This document shows, one piece after another, positions 47,811 to 61,430 of a stretch of 64,000 nucleotides of DNA. The stretch covers positions 15,626,001 through 15,690,000 of the forward strand of contig NC_087437.1 of assembly GCF_036321535.1 (NCBI RefSeq), written 5' to 3'. Both the position numbers and the translations under genes were made by a program. This stretch comes from Camelus dromedarius (Eukaryota). The notes under the pieces are model-generated. The model searched no databases. It was not told the origin of the DNA and saw nothing but the letters and a program-made list of their open reading frames with translations. How positions within the stretch are numbered: the stretch's first letter is position 1; every line of letters begins with the position of its first letter.

Positions 47811-50589
47811 CTTGGATGCAGGTAGACATTAAGTTGTGTTTAATTGGGCTGTGCATGTTTAATGGGTCCTAACATAACTATTTTTCACGAAAAAAAAAAA
47901 AAAACAGTGTTACTGACACGTTATGGTTTACACAGACCTTTATGGACTTAAACTTATAACCTAAACATCATGTATAAGACAATTTGTTTGGAAAAAATGT
48001 ACAACCTCACACCATGTATCTTATATATAAATGCATTTATATCAATTTACACTCTTTTGGGATGAAGCAGTGATCATAACAGTTAGGTCTTTGGGGAAGT
48101 GTGGTTACTGGGACCCCGTCCAGAGCTTTGCAGATGCCCTGTCTGACCCACAGCACCCGTGAAAGGCACATGTCTACACAGATGTGCTGAGGGCTTCTCT
48201 CCGGGGATGCTCATCACACCACTTGCATGAGGATTCCCACCTGCATTTATCCTTTGCCCTTTGTCCCAGAGTCTGGGTGTAGAATGTGGTCTGTGACTCT
48301 TTGTGTATTGATTAGAGGCTACATTTAGAACAAGGTAACCCTTGGGGTTTCATCTCTGGGTGCCCAACTTCAGCGCTTTCTGAAGAATGCTCTGGTTTGG
48401 GAACAGAAGAGTTTGAGTAATAAGAAGCTATAGATGATGCCACCCCCGCCTTCCCCCGCTTAGCTGAGGCTTTCTACCTCCTTCAGCCAGAACCCTGAGC
48501 CCAGGGGCTTCCAGTTGGCCCGTCTGTCCACCAGCAGAGTTACAGGGCATGGGTGAACCAGCAGGAGGCGCTGTAAGCACACGGTGGATGAGAGCAGGAG
48601 CTCCTCAGACCGCTTCAGATTCTAGCCCAATGGTCTTCATTCTCTTCATGCTTAAAGAGGGGACACTGTTCCAATGATACATTTGCCTGCCATATACTAA
48701 GGGCATACGCTGTGCCCAGCTCTGGGCTACCGGTGTCCCCTCCCCTACATCATCTAATTCCCCTAAACCATAGCAAGCAGGTCTTGTCATCTGTATTTTA
48801 ACGATGAGAAAACTGAGGCTCAGAGAGGTTAACTGACTTGCTCAAGGTCAAGATCCCGGGGCTCAAGGCCTGGTCTGACTCCCACGCCTCTGCTCTTGTG
48901 ACTAACTCCCCCAATGGGGAAAGAACATGGAAAGAGCGTAGCCCAGGGCCCACTCCCATGGGGTGTTCGCAGACAGGGCCGGTTGCTGCTGCTGCAAAGC
49001 AGAGGTCCTGGATAACCCCCAGAAGGACAGCCGGCCCTGCAGAATCTTGAGCTGGCCATGGTCTCCCTGAAAACTTGTTTATTGCCCTTGTGGTTGTCTG
49101 AAGAAAGAGCTGTCTGTTCTCTCTCAATTTCTCAGGCTCTCAGAAGGTAGGCTCGAGTTACCGAGCACATCCACCTGTTGTCCTGGGCCGGGAGGGGCCG
49201 GGAAGCTCAGGTGACCCAGCACACGTCTGACCTGGGCTGGGGTCAGCAGCGTCCTCGGCAGTCTGAGAGGCTGGCCAGCCAAGAGCCTTTCTGCTGGAGG
49301 CCCGATGGGAGCAGTCGGGGCTGCTCTGGGCCTTCAAACCTTCCCTCAGGTCCTCCTGGCCCCCACTGCCCACCCCACACAGAGCACAGGCTCTTCCCCG
49401 AGGCAGCTCCACAGCGGTGAGGGCAGCTCCCAGATCTGGGGAAGGTTGGGGAAAGGCAAGGAATAGCAGCTCAGAAACCTGCCAAGACTGGTGACTGCTT
49501 CTTGGTACCAGGCACGGGGCTCAGGCTCTCTGTTCCCTGTGTCATGTGACCTTCCAACACACTGAGTGAGTGATTCACTGTCACAGGCGTCATTTTAGGG
49601 CCAGAGAAACAGGCTGAGCGAGGTGGCGTAACATGCCTGCTCACATCCAGCAGACACAGCTAGACTTGCTTGATGTCTAGCATGGAAGTTCATTGTCTTA
49701 GTCATGCTGCTGAAGTGTCCCTCCCCCAAAACAAAAGCTTGGGACAAGGCTGTTTTCTTGCGCTTTCCTTCAGGAAACACGTTAGCACAATGACAATGCT
49801 GGGGAAAGCGTCAGCCACGAGCCAGGCACCATTCTGGTGCTCTCCTCATCCTCGAGTCTCACAACAGTCCTGCAGACTATAGCTCAGAGAGGTCGAGTGA
49901 CTCACCCCCTGTCACACAGCTCTCTATGCTTTCATAGACCCAACTTTAGTCACCCGGGAGAAGTTCTCAAAGTGCACCAGGACACACATTTTCTCATCCC
50001 CTCCATCTTCATCAAATTTCTCAAAAGCTACTGACCCTTCTCACCACTTTATGTGATTCTCTGCAAAAATTCTAACTTAAACTCAGCTGAGCCTATAGCA
50101 AGTCCAGAAATGTGAGCTGCAGCCTGAATGAGTGGGCTGCTTGTCACCCAGGTCCCCGGAGAGCTGGGAGATGGTGCCGTCCTCCTTATTGCTGAAGGAG
50201 CGTCCCCAGTGTTTGTCTGCACCAGGAACAAATCCTGACCCTTGATGCCTGCTACGCTTATTTCAGTGGGCAGTGTCGGCTCCAGCTGGGGTCAGGAGTG
50301 GGGCGCCATGGGAAGTGTTCAATTCAAATGGGTGCTGTTGCAAGTGTCAGAACTCCATGCACTCTCACTTAAGTTAAAAAAAAAAAACATTTTATTGAAA
50401 AGATATTATACAGAGTAATATACAGACTCTAAGGAGAGCAGAATAATCAGGCCTCAAGAAAGACAGGAATCCAGGGTGCCCAGGACCTGCAGCAGGAAGG
50501 AGGGGCAGCTTCCTCAGTGTACTGCCCAGGATGGGTCAGCCACAGCTGTGGCCTCATTTCACGTGGCTCAAGATTCAAATTCCCAACCC

Positions 50590-51230
50590 ACAAGTGGCTA
50601 TAATCAAAAAGGCAGATAGCAACAAGTGTTGACAAGGATGTGGAGCAACTGGAACTCTTCTATGTTGCTAGTGCGAATGTAAACTGGTACAGCTACTTTG
50701 GAAAACAATTTGATGCTTTCTCAAACAGTTAAACATAAACTCGCCATGCTCCACTCCCAGGTGTTCACCCAAGAGAAGTGAAAGCAAACCCACACGAAGA
50801 GTGGCATGCAGCTGTTCCTAGCAACATTTCCACCGAAAGACGGAAATAACCAAATGGCCATTTAGAGAATGGATGAACAAAATGTGACAGAGTCACACAA
50901 TGGAATGCAAGTAGGCTATAAAAAGGAATGAAGTATTGACACATGCTGCGATGGATGAAACTCAAAAACATGTATATTGTAAGATTCCATTCATATAAAA
51001 TGTCTAGAAACAGCAAATCTTAGACATAAAGCAGAGCAGTGATTGCCTTGAGCATAGGGAGTGCCTGCAAATGGGCACAAGGTTACTTTTCAGGGTGATG
51101 GAAAGGTTTTAACATTAGATTGTGGTGATGGTAGTGTAACTCTACGAATTTGCTGAAAGTTCCTGAATTGTATATTCAAAACAAGTGAATTTTATGGTAT
51201 GTAAACTCTACCTCAAGGAAACTATAAATA
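50590..51230 (+). mobile_element. L1MB/MC-like 3' fragment
   Basis: 'aacaagtgttgacaaggatgtggagcaactggaactc', 'ggtacagctactttggaaaacaatttg', 'ttagattgtggtgatggt'. Confidence 0.85.
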
Positions 51231-52404
51231 GGAAAGGATTTGGGCTTCCAGCAGAATCTGAGTCACTTGTGCAGTGCCCCTGAGGCACCGTACCCAACAG
51301 GCCTGCCAAGGAGACAACAAGAAACTGGAGACAATCAGGCTAGTGTTCTATCAGCAGCCCAAGTGAGAAGATGGGTTGCTGACAGGAACCTCAGACACCC
51401 CCTCCTTCTCTCAGGATGGCAGGTGGCTGGGACCATCATTTTGGCTTCCTCAAGTGTCAGAGTCGCCAGTCACTGAACTGCACTCCTCTGCAGCTGAGGT
51501 CGGGCTTATGACAGCCTCCCCCAGCATCCGGACCCTCGTGACAAAGGCCTTCTTCTGCCAGGGACTTAACAACTGAGGCTGGGATTGGGTTCTGGCATGG
51601 AGACCTGGGGGATGGCTTCCAAGGACAAGCAATAAGCCAGGAGCTCGCAGAGGTGTGGTTTTGCTCACAAAAATGAAATAGATGCTTAGTGATTGTTGGG
51701 CATGGCACAGTTACCTCCAGCCATGCGTACATGGAAGTGCACACAGAATGACCAATTTGCCCCCATGTACTTTGGTGTCTCTCTCTCTCAGTCTCAGCCC
51801 CTCTTCTACCCAACAAACAAGATAATGAGGAAGCCCAAACTAGAAAGAAAGGACAGCTCTAAGCTAGGAAAAGTAGACAAAGGAGAGGGTACCGATGTCA
51901 GCAGATAGCAGGATGAGAACGGAAGTAACTTCCAGAAGGCATCTGGGTCACATCATTACTGGGGTCCCGGAGCAGAGCTTCACACACTCTGGTTTGTGAA
52001 TCGTGTGAAGGACCATATTACTTTCTAATGAACACTTACTAATGATTTTCTGTAACTGACTAGTGAGGCTACCAGTGAGCTGCTACAACAAGTTCAAAGA
52101 GGAATCCAAGGAGCAGGCATAATCACAGATTAGGAATATTGCAGTGAATGAGTAAATGGAGGCTAAGCTGTCCTTGGCCACAGCAAGGGAGGGAAGGCAG
52201 TTGCATGACAGAGCTTTGAATGTCTGTGGGCAGAAATCGTTTTGCATTGCTGCTAGTTATCTACAATTTATAAAATTGTAAAATAGCTCAGTGAAAGGCT
52301 AGAATCAGCTAAGCAGGGAGCGTGTGCTCTCAGCATTTCACAGTTTGCCCTTGAAGTATAAAATTTTCTTTGGAGTACCTTGTCCCCCTCTTTGCTTGGA
52401 TAAC

Positions 52405-52713
52405 CAGTGTTAATCCTCTAAGATTCATCTCAGGCACGAGAGGAGCATATTTTAAAAATTTCCAATGCATCGTGGAATGCTTTTGTAAAGTACAGTAAAA
52501 ATAAATTGCTAGAAAGATAAAATGAAAGAGAGAAGACATACAAAATATAAGCCCAACTTATCTTATTGCTAGTTTCAAGTAGGCATAAAATGACTCTCTC
52601 AAGTTACTATGGAAGCTTCTAGAAGCTCCTCAAGATGTCTGTACTTATCACAGCTGGTGGTGACTAGTTCTCAGCCCGGCCCCGATATGTGGAGCACATT
52701 TCCAGCAGCACTG
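52405..52713 (-). mobile_element. hAT-Charlie MITE (MER5C-like)
   Basis: 'gaagacatacaaaatataagccc...cataaaatgactct...ctgtacttatc...gcagcactg' resembles the MER5C reverse complement as I recall it. Confidence 0.6.
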
Positions 52714-52842
52714 CACACCCACTGCCGCAGAGGCTTCTGGAGCTGCTGCCTTCTGATGCCAGGGTCCCTGAGGTCCAGCCTTCATCTTGCTCCCACTGTT
52801 TAATTCCCAGGAGACTCCCCATCCTTATTAGCTAATCTGGAA

Positions 52843-53640
52843 CAGCAGATCTCCAGCTCTTCAGTCTCAGGATCCCTTTACACTCTTAAAAATTATTGAG
52901 GATGCCAAAAATTTCTTTTTATAATGTAGGTTATGGTTAGCAATGCTTATCATATTAGAAACTAAGACCAAGGAATTTAAAAAATGATTTATCCATTCAT
53001 TTAAAAATAACTGTAATACAAAATTTGTAGATACTGACAGGCATATGTAGAATAGATAAACAAGATTATACTGTATAGCACAGGAAAACATATACAAGAT
53101 CTTGTGGTGGCTCACAGAGAAAAAATTGTGACAATGAATATACGTATGTTCATGTATAACTGAAAAATTGTGCTCTACACTGGAATTTGACACAACATTG
53201 TGAAATGACTGTAACTCAATAAAAAATGTTTAAAAATAAAATAAAAATAACTTTAATAAATCATTGTATGTTAACATATTTTTAATGAAAATGATGATTT
53301 CTCAAAACAAAACTAAATAGAAGAGTGGCATTATTTATGTTTATGGAAACTGTCCTGGGGTCTGGTTCTCTGGTTCCTTTCTCTAACGTAATAGGAGACA
53401 GCTGAATTCTCATATCTGTTTTTGCATCCAGTCTGTTGCAGTATCACACCTCATATAATGTCTGGAAAACGTAGTTATCATACATCAAATAACCTCTAGA
53501 AAACTCCTTTGTATACCCGTGAGAGAAAGAATGAAAGAGGCAAACAAAACACTATTAGAAAAATAGTCTGACCTCATAGATCCCTTAAAAACTCCTGAGG
53601 GACTTCAGGGGTCCTCAGACAACACCTTAAGGATTCTGGT
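52843..53640 (+). mobile_element. hAT-Charlie DNA transposon (MER119-like), interrupted by an L1 3' end
   Basis: 'tctcaggatccctttacactcttaaaaattattgagga', 'gaagagtggcatt', 'gacagctgaattctcatatctg', 'aaaatagtctgacctc...caggggtcctcagac'. Confidence 0.75.
53019..53241 (+). mobile_element. Young 5'-truncated L1 3' UTR insertion
   Basis: 'ctgtatagcacagg...ctctacactggaatttgacacaacattgtgaaatgactgtaactcaataaaa'. TSD taaaaataact(g/t)taata on both sides. Confidence 0.85.
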
Positions 53641-53694
53641 CTGAGATCTCTAGTCTAATAATACCAGATTCACACACACACATATGTGAACGTT

Positions 53695-53780
53695 TAAGAT
53701 CATCAGCTGTCCCTGTTTGCCTGGGACTGTCCCGGTTTTAACACTGAAAGTCCTACGTCTAGGGCAAACTGTGGCTCTTG
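53695..53780. mobile_element. hAT-Blackjack MITE fragment (MER81-like)
   Basis: 'gtttgcctgggactgtcccggttttaacactgaaagtcc'. Confidence 0.55.
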
Positions 53781-53789
53781 GCCTCACTA

Positions 53790-53790
<1 letters not shown>

Positions 53791-53825
<35 letters not shown>
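53791..53825 (+). repeat. (CA)n microsatellite
   Basis: Directly visible. Confidence 0.95.
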
Positions 53826-53826
<1 letters not shown>

Positions 53827-53997
53827 TAGACAAGCATACGCTTCCATTGGAGCCAGCCTGGGTACCCAGCTCCGGGCTCTGTTTCTGGGCTCTGCCTCCT
53901 CCCTTCCCCTCTCCCTCTCTTTTCCTCCTCTTCCTCCTCCGTCTAATCCACTTCCCAGACCCTTCGGTGAACTGGCTGAGTCAGGGCAGGTACACAG

Positions 53998-54840
53998 GTG
54001 CGTGGTGGAGACTGCCGGGTGCCCACTGCATAGCCTTTCCCCCTCCCTCCTTATTAACAGAACTCCTATTTTGTTGGGATAGCAATGCACCCAGAGGAAA
54101 AAATCCCAGCCTGTCTTGCAGATGGAATGGTCATGTGCTATAGTTCTGGCCTCTAGAATGTTCAAGACAATTGTAGGACGAAGCTTCTAGAAAAAGACAT
54201 TTAAAATAGACTCACAGATATAGTAAATCTCATGGTTGCCATGGAGAAAGGGATAAATTGGGAGTTTGAGATTAGCAGATATTAACCATTGTATATAAAA
54301 ATAGATAAAAACAAACGTCTTCGGTATGGCACAGGGAACTATATTCAATATCTTGTAGTAACCTTTAATGAAAAAGAATATGAAAATGAATATATGTATA
54401 TATATGTGTATGTATATATATACACATACACATATGACTGAAACATTATGCACCAGAAATTGACACATTGTAACTGAGTATACTTCAATTTAAAAAAAAA
54501 CACACAAAACTGAGTGGAATCATAACACATGTTTTGCCCTTACCCTTTTTCATCCTCCTTCCTGGAACTCAGCTGGGATGGCTGGAGCTCCAGAGTCAGC
54601 CAACAGACGTGAGGACCAGGGCCGCCACTGGAAGAAGCAAGGTTGAGGGCCAGAAGGAGACTGGGTTCCTAAATGGCTTCATGGAGCTGCTGAAAAAACC
54701 TGGGGTTAATTACTCCCAGAGTCCTTCTGTAAGCTAAATTAACCAACTAACTAACTAGGTAACTAACTAACTAAAACCCCAGTTGTGTTTAAGTCACTGT
54801 CTTCCAGATTTTTGTTGCCAAAAAATTCTTAAACAATGCA
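53998..54840 (+). mobile_element. Old MaLR LTR (MLT1J/K-like) split by an L1 3'-end insertion (about 54205-54500)
   Basis: MLT1-like 5' part ('ccttattaacagaactcctattttg...cccagcctgtcttgcagatgg') and 3' part ('gatggctggagctccag', 'gtttaagtcactgt'). The inner L1 3' UTR reads 'gggataaattgggagtttgagattagcagat...cacagggaactatattcaatatc'. Confidence 0.65.
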
Positions 54841-56286
54841 AGGTGTTATTTGTTTTCTTTACTGGATAGAAAGTACATAAAATAGCAGGAAGCAGGAAAA
54901 AATGGTTGATTTACGGCTGGTTTACAGCTGCTCTTGGGGCTCAGACATTCCCAGGAGGCGGGAGCCTCTGTGGAGAAACAATTCTTCATCTCTGGGCTGG
55001 ATTCATTGGCTGTCGATCTCTGCCCACAGTCACCAGACCCTTGGAAGCCTCACCAATAAAGACCTGAGGGAAACCGAGTGGGGAGGAAGCAGGGAGCGGG
55101 CTCTCCTCAGGCTGCTCTCTGCAGGGTCTCTCGCCTACTTGCACAGACAGCAGCCTGATTTCCAGGAGCCTGACCCTGAGTTCAGAGTCTTCCTGGCAGT
55201 GGGTCAGAAGCATCTCCCATTAGGCCACTGAACACCCTAATCCGGAGGCAGGAACTCAGGCTCAGGGCTCTGGGAGGAAGGCAACAGCATCCAGCAGGAA
55301 CGCTGGCAGCCACGCCGTGGACACGTTGGTAGCACCCCTCAGCCAGGCCCAGATGCTAACCCCCTCCATCCATCACTGGCTTCTGGCCACTCCAGGAAGC
55401 AAATCCTCCGGCTGCTGAGCATGGCTGTCATGTGCTATGAAGGGTAGGGGTTCTTGACATCTTCCTGATGTGGCTGGCGTCGTGGTGGGCTCTGTGCATA
55501 GATGGTAAGCAGTGCAGTCACCACGTGCACCCTGCTGTATCCACACCCCGGCCCTCCTGGTCCAGGAGCAGGCCTGTGAGTACTGTGCTGCTGGCACCCA
55601 TGTCTCTCAGTCATCAGACCTGCTCCCTCATCGGGCGGCATGTGACCCTGCTCCTTTGAGTTTCCATCCTACTCAGCCAACACTGTTGTCACGTAGACCC
55701 TGCCCCAGGTAAGTAAAGCAGCACACAGTCTCCAGTGGAGGCTGTCTTCCTGCTCCTCTTGTTTCTTCCTTCCTTCCATCATCAACAAGCATGTCCTGAG
55801 TGCCTGTTTGTACCTGGACCTGTGCTGGGTGTGAGGGAAGCCCAGATGTGCAGCTGCCCCCAGGACAGTCACACAAGCCAGCTGTGGCGCGCCCGCTGCT
55901 TCCGCAGCGGTATTTCTCACTGCGTCTTCCTCAAGGACTCCTTCTTGAGTGCAGTCTCACTTTACTCTACTTTTGTGTTTTCAGGCCCCATCTCCATATC
56001 ATTCACTGGGTTTTGGTCCCTGCACCCTAGACAATGAACAATTTTTTTCTTTCTTATCATGTGTGACAATTAGTACTTCCCTGGGAGGGTTTATCACAGG
56101 CAGAGAAACAAGCATGCACATGGGGTGGGGTGTGCGTGGGTGTGCTTGTGCATGTGTGTCCATGTGGGCACGTCAGGAGCCCATCACCCAGTGGAGTGGG
56201 AGAAGCCTGGACTAGAGCGCAGGCTAGCAGGATGGTGGGGTGCAGAGGGGCTGCAGGGCAGGTTCTTGCTAGGATGAGTTAACCGA

Positions 56287-57456
56287 AATAGAAATAAAAG
56301 CACAAATAAACAAATGGGATCTAATTAAACTTACAAGCTTTTGCATAGCAAAGGAAACCATAAGCAAAACAAAAAGACAACCTACGGAATGGGAAAAAAT
56401 ATTTGCAAGTAATGCTACTGACAAAGGTTTAATTTCCAGAATATACAACCAGCTCTTACAACTTAATAACAACGAAAAAAGAAACAACCCAATCCAAAAA
56501 TGGGCAGAAGACCTAAACAAGCAATTCTCCAGTGAAGACATACATATGGCCATAAGCACATAAAAAATGCTCATTATCACTAATTATCAGAGAAATGCAA
56601 ATCAAAACTACAATGAGGTATCACCTCACACCAGTCAGAATGGCCATCATTCAAAAGTCCACAAATGATAAATGCTGGAGAGGCTGTGGAGAAAAGGGAA
56701 CAGTCCTATACTGTTGATGGGAATGTAGTTTGGTGCAGTTATTATGGAAAACAGTATGGAGATTCCTCAAAAAACTAAAAATAGACTTACTGTATTATCT
56801 AGCAATTCCACTCCTGGGCATTCCTTCCTCTGTAAGGAATTCTAATTTGAAAAGATACATGCACCCCAATGTTCATAGCAGCACAATGTACAATAGCCAA
56901 GACATGAAAGCAACCTAAATGTCCATCGACAGATGAGTGGGTAAAGAAGATGTGGTATATTTATACAATGGAATACTACTCAGCCGTAAAAAAGAATAAA
57001 ATACTGCCATTTGCAGCAACATGGATGGAATTGGAGATTGTCATACTAAGTGAAGCAAGCCAGAAAGAGAAAAATACCATATGATATCACTCATATGTGG
57101 ACTCTAAAAAAAAATACAGAAAAGAAAAGAAAAAAGAGGACACTAATGAACTCATCTGAAAAACAGAAACAGACTTACAGACATAGTAAACAATCTTATG
57201 GTTACCAGGGGAAAGAGGGTGGGAAGGGATAAATTTGGGAATTTGAGATTTGCAAATGTTAACCACTATATATAAAAATAGATCAAACCAAATTTCCTCT
57301 GTATAGCACAGGGAATTATATTCAACACCTTTAATGAAAAAGAATATGAAAACGAATATGTATGTATATACGTATGACTAGGACATTATACTGTACACCA
57401 GAGATTGACACATTGTAACTGACTATATACTTCAGTTACATTTTTTTTTTAAAAAA
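56287..57456 (+). mobile_element. Lineage-specific 5'-truncated L1 (ORF2 C-terminus and 3' UTR)
   Basis: Well-preserved L1 ORF2 3' text ('aaatgggatctaattaaacttacaagcttttgcatagcaaaggaaacc', 'gaaatgcaaatcaaaactacaatgaggtatcacctcacaccagtcagaatggcc'). TSD atgagtta(a/g)c(c/t)ga on both sides. Confidence 0.93.
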
Positions 57457-58959
57457 ATGAGTTAGCTGAGCTCCTGACCAGATAGCACAGGGCTCTAGAT
57501 ACTAAGACACTCCAGGGTCAACCTGCCAGGACCTGCCTGAGCCGTGAGGGTGGGAAATGGAAGGCAGGAGAAACTGGATGCTCTGTGATCCAGGTGTCCC
57601 TGCAAAGTCAAAAGCCACTAATGGAAATAACCACCGGGGCATGATTCTTCATGCCCTGATTCCAATCACAGACCTGTCATCCAAGAAGGATATTGAAAGG
57701 GGAAATTCTATTTCCTTTTAAACCAAGTGTTCCCCCACAGAAGCCAAAGGCTCGTGGAAACAACCCTGATTGGAATGACTTGAGCATATATTGTTCTGGC
57801 TTCTCCAGTGAGAGGTGGCAGCACTCATCGTTGACTGAGAAATGAGTTTCCAGGTAGAGGATCCATGTCCACACATGGCAGTGACCTTTCTTGCTTCCAT
57901 GGACCAGATGCTTGACTCACAGGAGGAGGCTGGGGCGCATCTGGTCCTTGCAAACAGACAGACGTGAATCCCGGCAGGTGGTAAAGCCGGGCACGAGGCA
58001 CTGCATGGCAGAGGAGTCCCCAAAGGGAAAGAGGGGCTTGGGACCCTCCCAGGGAACAGCACAGAGGCCAATGCACCCACCCTCCTACTGCTGCAGCTCA
58101 TCTGCACGTAGGGAGCATGGAAGGACAGAGAAAAAGAAAGGGGGCTGGCCCGATGGCCTGAGCACTCGACACAGGGTCCGGCAGCCCAGCCCAGGTCTCC
58201 TCCCTGGTCAGCCACATATGACCTGTGACCACTGACATGTGACGGCTGATAATTTCTGTTCTAAGCACTTACATGTACGAAGCTCAGTGCATTCGCACAA
58301 TCAGCAGGGCACGTCATCCTACGATTACCTCCATTCTGTACTGGTGGAAGCTGAGGCTCAGAGAGCTTAAGTAACTTGCCTCAGGTCACACAGCTAGTTA
58401 GTGTCCCTGGGATTTTTACCACCTCACTGAATCCCTCCCTGCTCCTCTCGGCATTGCTTTCTACTTTGTTTATATAAGACAGTCACCAGCTGGCTGTTCT
58501 GTGGCCCGCCCTGGGTATACCTCTCTCCACAGCGGATGATTCTGTGCCCTGATGAGGCTGCACCTCGTAGGAGAGGAACTGTTTAGGCCCCTCACCCCTT
58601 ACGGAGGCTCACTTGGCTTGCCTGGAGGTCTGGCCAGTGGGCTTGGGGCCAGAATTCAGACTCGGGCAGGTGGGGTGGGGGGAGGTTTATCTGAAGGAGC
58701 CCAGAGCAGGAAGTGTCACAGGCAAGTGTGGATTTGTCCTTGTCATCCCTGTCTCCACTGTGCCTGGCACCATTCCCGGCACCAGGAGCTTCATAAACAG
58801 TTGTGAAAAGACTGGCCCAAGCTCAGTCCTTAGAAAGCAACGTGGGTCAAGGCAAGAGTCACTGTCTGGCTCGAGGGGTCCCAGGGAAGGGGTAGAGCTG
58901 CAGGCTGCAGGGGCAGGCGGTGGCCTGGAAGTGGGAGGGGCAGGATGGACAGTGGTGTC

Positions 58960-59770
58960 CTCTGCAAAGACTTTCTTCCTGGCTTCTCGAAAAAGCCAGC
59001 CTCTCTCAGGCTCCCTCTTGCCGGCCTGGCAGCAACTTCTCTGTCTACCTTGTTGGTCCCTCTCCTCCTCCTTGTCACGGGCCACAACGTCTCTGATCTG
59101 GCCCTCCTGTGCTTTCACATTGTTCTCTCTGGGTTACCATCTCTATGCTGAGACATCTGAATTCCTGTCTCTAACCTGACTGCCCTCCTCAGCTGCAGAC
59201 TTGAACTGCCTGACAACTTCCCTGGCCCACACACAGATGATTCAATAGTGACTTGTCCGAAATAAAACATTTGTAAATTTCTCTGTCTCCCATGGTGCCT
59301 GCTATGCTTTTGGCCACTGATTTCGCCATGTCAGTAAATAGCACCAGAACCTGCCACGGCGAGGCTGCGATGAGGCTGGGGGAGGCACAGTGTTTCGGGG
59401 GCCTCCCTCTCAGGGACCCAGCTGCACCTGCCCGGCCCTCAGGGCCAGGACCTCCTTGAACGCTGTCCCCCCGGGGCTCGCTGGCCTCACTGCTCCCCAC
59501 CCCATCTGCTGCACCAAGTGGCTCCAGCCACGTGCCTATAAATTACATTTGGTTCCTCTCACTTTTTCACTGTCTCTATTCTGTCGTTCAGGAAGTCATG
59601 TGGACTCTGTCTCCAAAACCTGGCAGATTCATTCCATTCTCTCCTCTCCCACTCTTGCCATGCTGGCCCCGGGAGCCATCACCTCTCCCCCGAACCACTT
59701 AATGGGTTTCCCCGCTTCCATTCTTGCCTCCCTCCAATCTATTCCCCACACAGCAGCCAGAAATTCAATT
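58960..59770 (+). mobile_element. L2 fragments
   Basis: 'taccatctctatgctgagac', 'ccattctctcctctcccactcttgccatgctggccc...ccatcacctctc', 'caatctattccccacacagcagccaga'. Confidence 0.6.
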
Positions 59771-61305
59771 TTTATTTTTATAAAAGTAACACAGAGACAG
59801 AGTTTAAAAAGACAAATCATTCCATACAGCTTATAATGAGAAACAGCGGGCTCCTGCCCCAGTCCCTCCTCGGTCACAATTCACACTTCCCCGAGGTGAC
59901 CACTTTCAACTGTTTTGGCAGTTTTCACCATCCTTAGACTGCTGGCTTTTGAGTTTCAAACTTGAGTTATTTTCTACTGAATTCCAAACTCAGAATAAGA
60001 CTTGTCCCTCTCCTCCCCGCCCCCACCCCCATCACACAGACACTTCTGGATAATATCGTTCCAGTTTTGTTACATCACAAGTTGGATTCAATCAGCAGGG
60101 CCTGTGCGGGTGCTGATCAGGTGAGTGGAAGGGATGTGGGAGTCTCACTGTCTCTTACACTGATCTTCAACACCTTCTCTTGTGTTCAGCCCACCCGCCC
60201 CAGGCATTCAGATTCAGAGCAGCCTCCCTTCCTACAACATTCCAGGGTTCCTGGTTCGCTCCCTTCAGACAAGTATCCTTCACCCTTGTCATGTCTGCCA
60301 ACGTGGTTGCCCTTGTCCACCTGCTTCCCCCATTACCTTCTGTTGGCACATCTTGTCTGCAGTCATCTCCCTCTTGTTCATTTTGTCTTTATGAGTTAAT
60401 TCTGCTTTTACCTCTTTTTGGTCATTTTGTTGGGGTTTGGGAAGGGCACGTGTGTTCAACTCACCATGTCTAACTGAAGCCAAAGCAGTACTTCATGTGC
60501 TCAGCATCCAGTGCTCAAAATGTTTCCTTTTCAAAAAACAATTTCTTTCTTGAAGGATCGTGTGAAATACTATGGATATAAAGATTGTTAGGATCGATGT
60601 TGACCCAGGGCATAGTATAAAATTTGAAAAATTCTTGACACATCCAACCACATTTATTCAAAAATATCCATTGAGCACCGACTACATGCTAAGCACTGCT
60701 TGAGAAGTTTGGCATAAAGGGAAAAACACAAGCATAGTACTTATTCTGTCATGGAAATTCATCTAAATCAGGGGAGAGGTCAGATGGTGAATTGTTACCA
60801 TAATAAATGGGTAAGTATAGAATTTTTAGAAGGTGATGAGACTTACCAAAAAAATGCAAAGCACAGCTATGAGAAGAGCATCCAGAGTGCCAGGGGTGGG
60901 GACAGTGTGCATTACTCAATAGCAGAGGCAGGCATGGCTCCACTGGCAGGTGGCCTTTGAGCAGGGACCTCCTGGAGGAGAGGGAGTCAGCTGTGGGCTC
61001 TCTGGGGAAAGTGCTCCAGACAGACGGAAGCACGAAGGCCCCAGTGCAGGAGGATGCTGGCGGCCAGGAGGCCGGTGTCTGAGGGAGGGAGGGAGGGAGT
61101 CAGGGGCAATGGGAGGTGGTGAGGGCAGAGAAATGATGGCGGGGCACCAGAGAGACTTCACAGGCTCCAGTAAGAACTCTGGATTTTACCCTGTATGAGA
61201 TAGGCACCAAGGAGGCATCAAGCAGAGATGTGATCTGTTGTGGTTGGCTGTTTAAAAGTTTTCTTTGTGTAGCAAATTGATTGTAGGAGCAAGAGGAGAA
61301 AGACT

Positions 61306-61430
61306 CTTTTTTGGAGGGGGGAATTAGGTTTGTTTGTTTATTTGTTTACCGGAGGTACTGGGGGGGTCAAACCCAGGACCTCATGCATGCTAAGCATGCG
61401 CTCTACCGCTGAGCTGTATACCTTCCCCCC
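61306..61430 (-). mobile_element. tRNA-Ala-derived SINE (vic-1-like)
   Basis: Reverse complement: gggaaggtatacagctcagcggtagagcgcatgcttagcatgcatgaggtcctgggttt...cccagtacctccgg...aaacctaattcccccc + A tail. Same family as the 8961 and 45246 copies. Confidence 0.85.
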
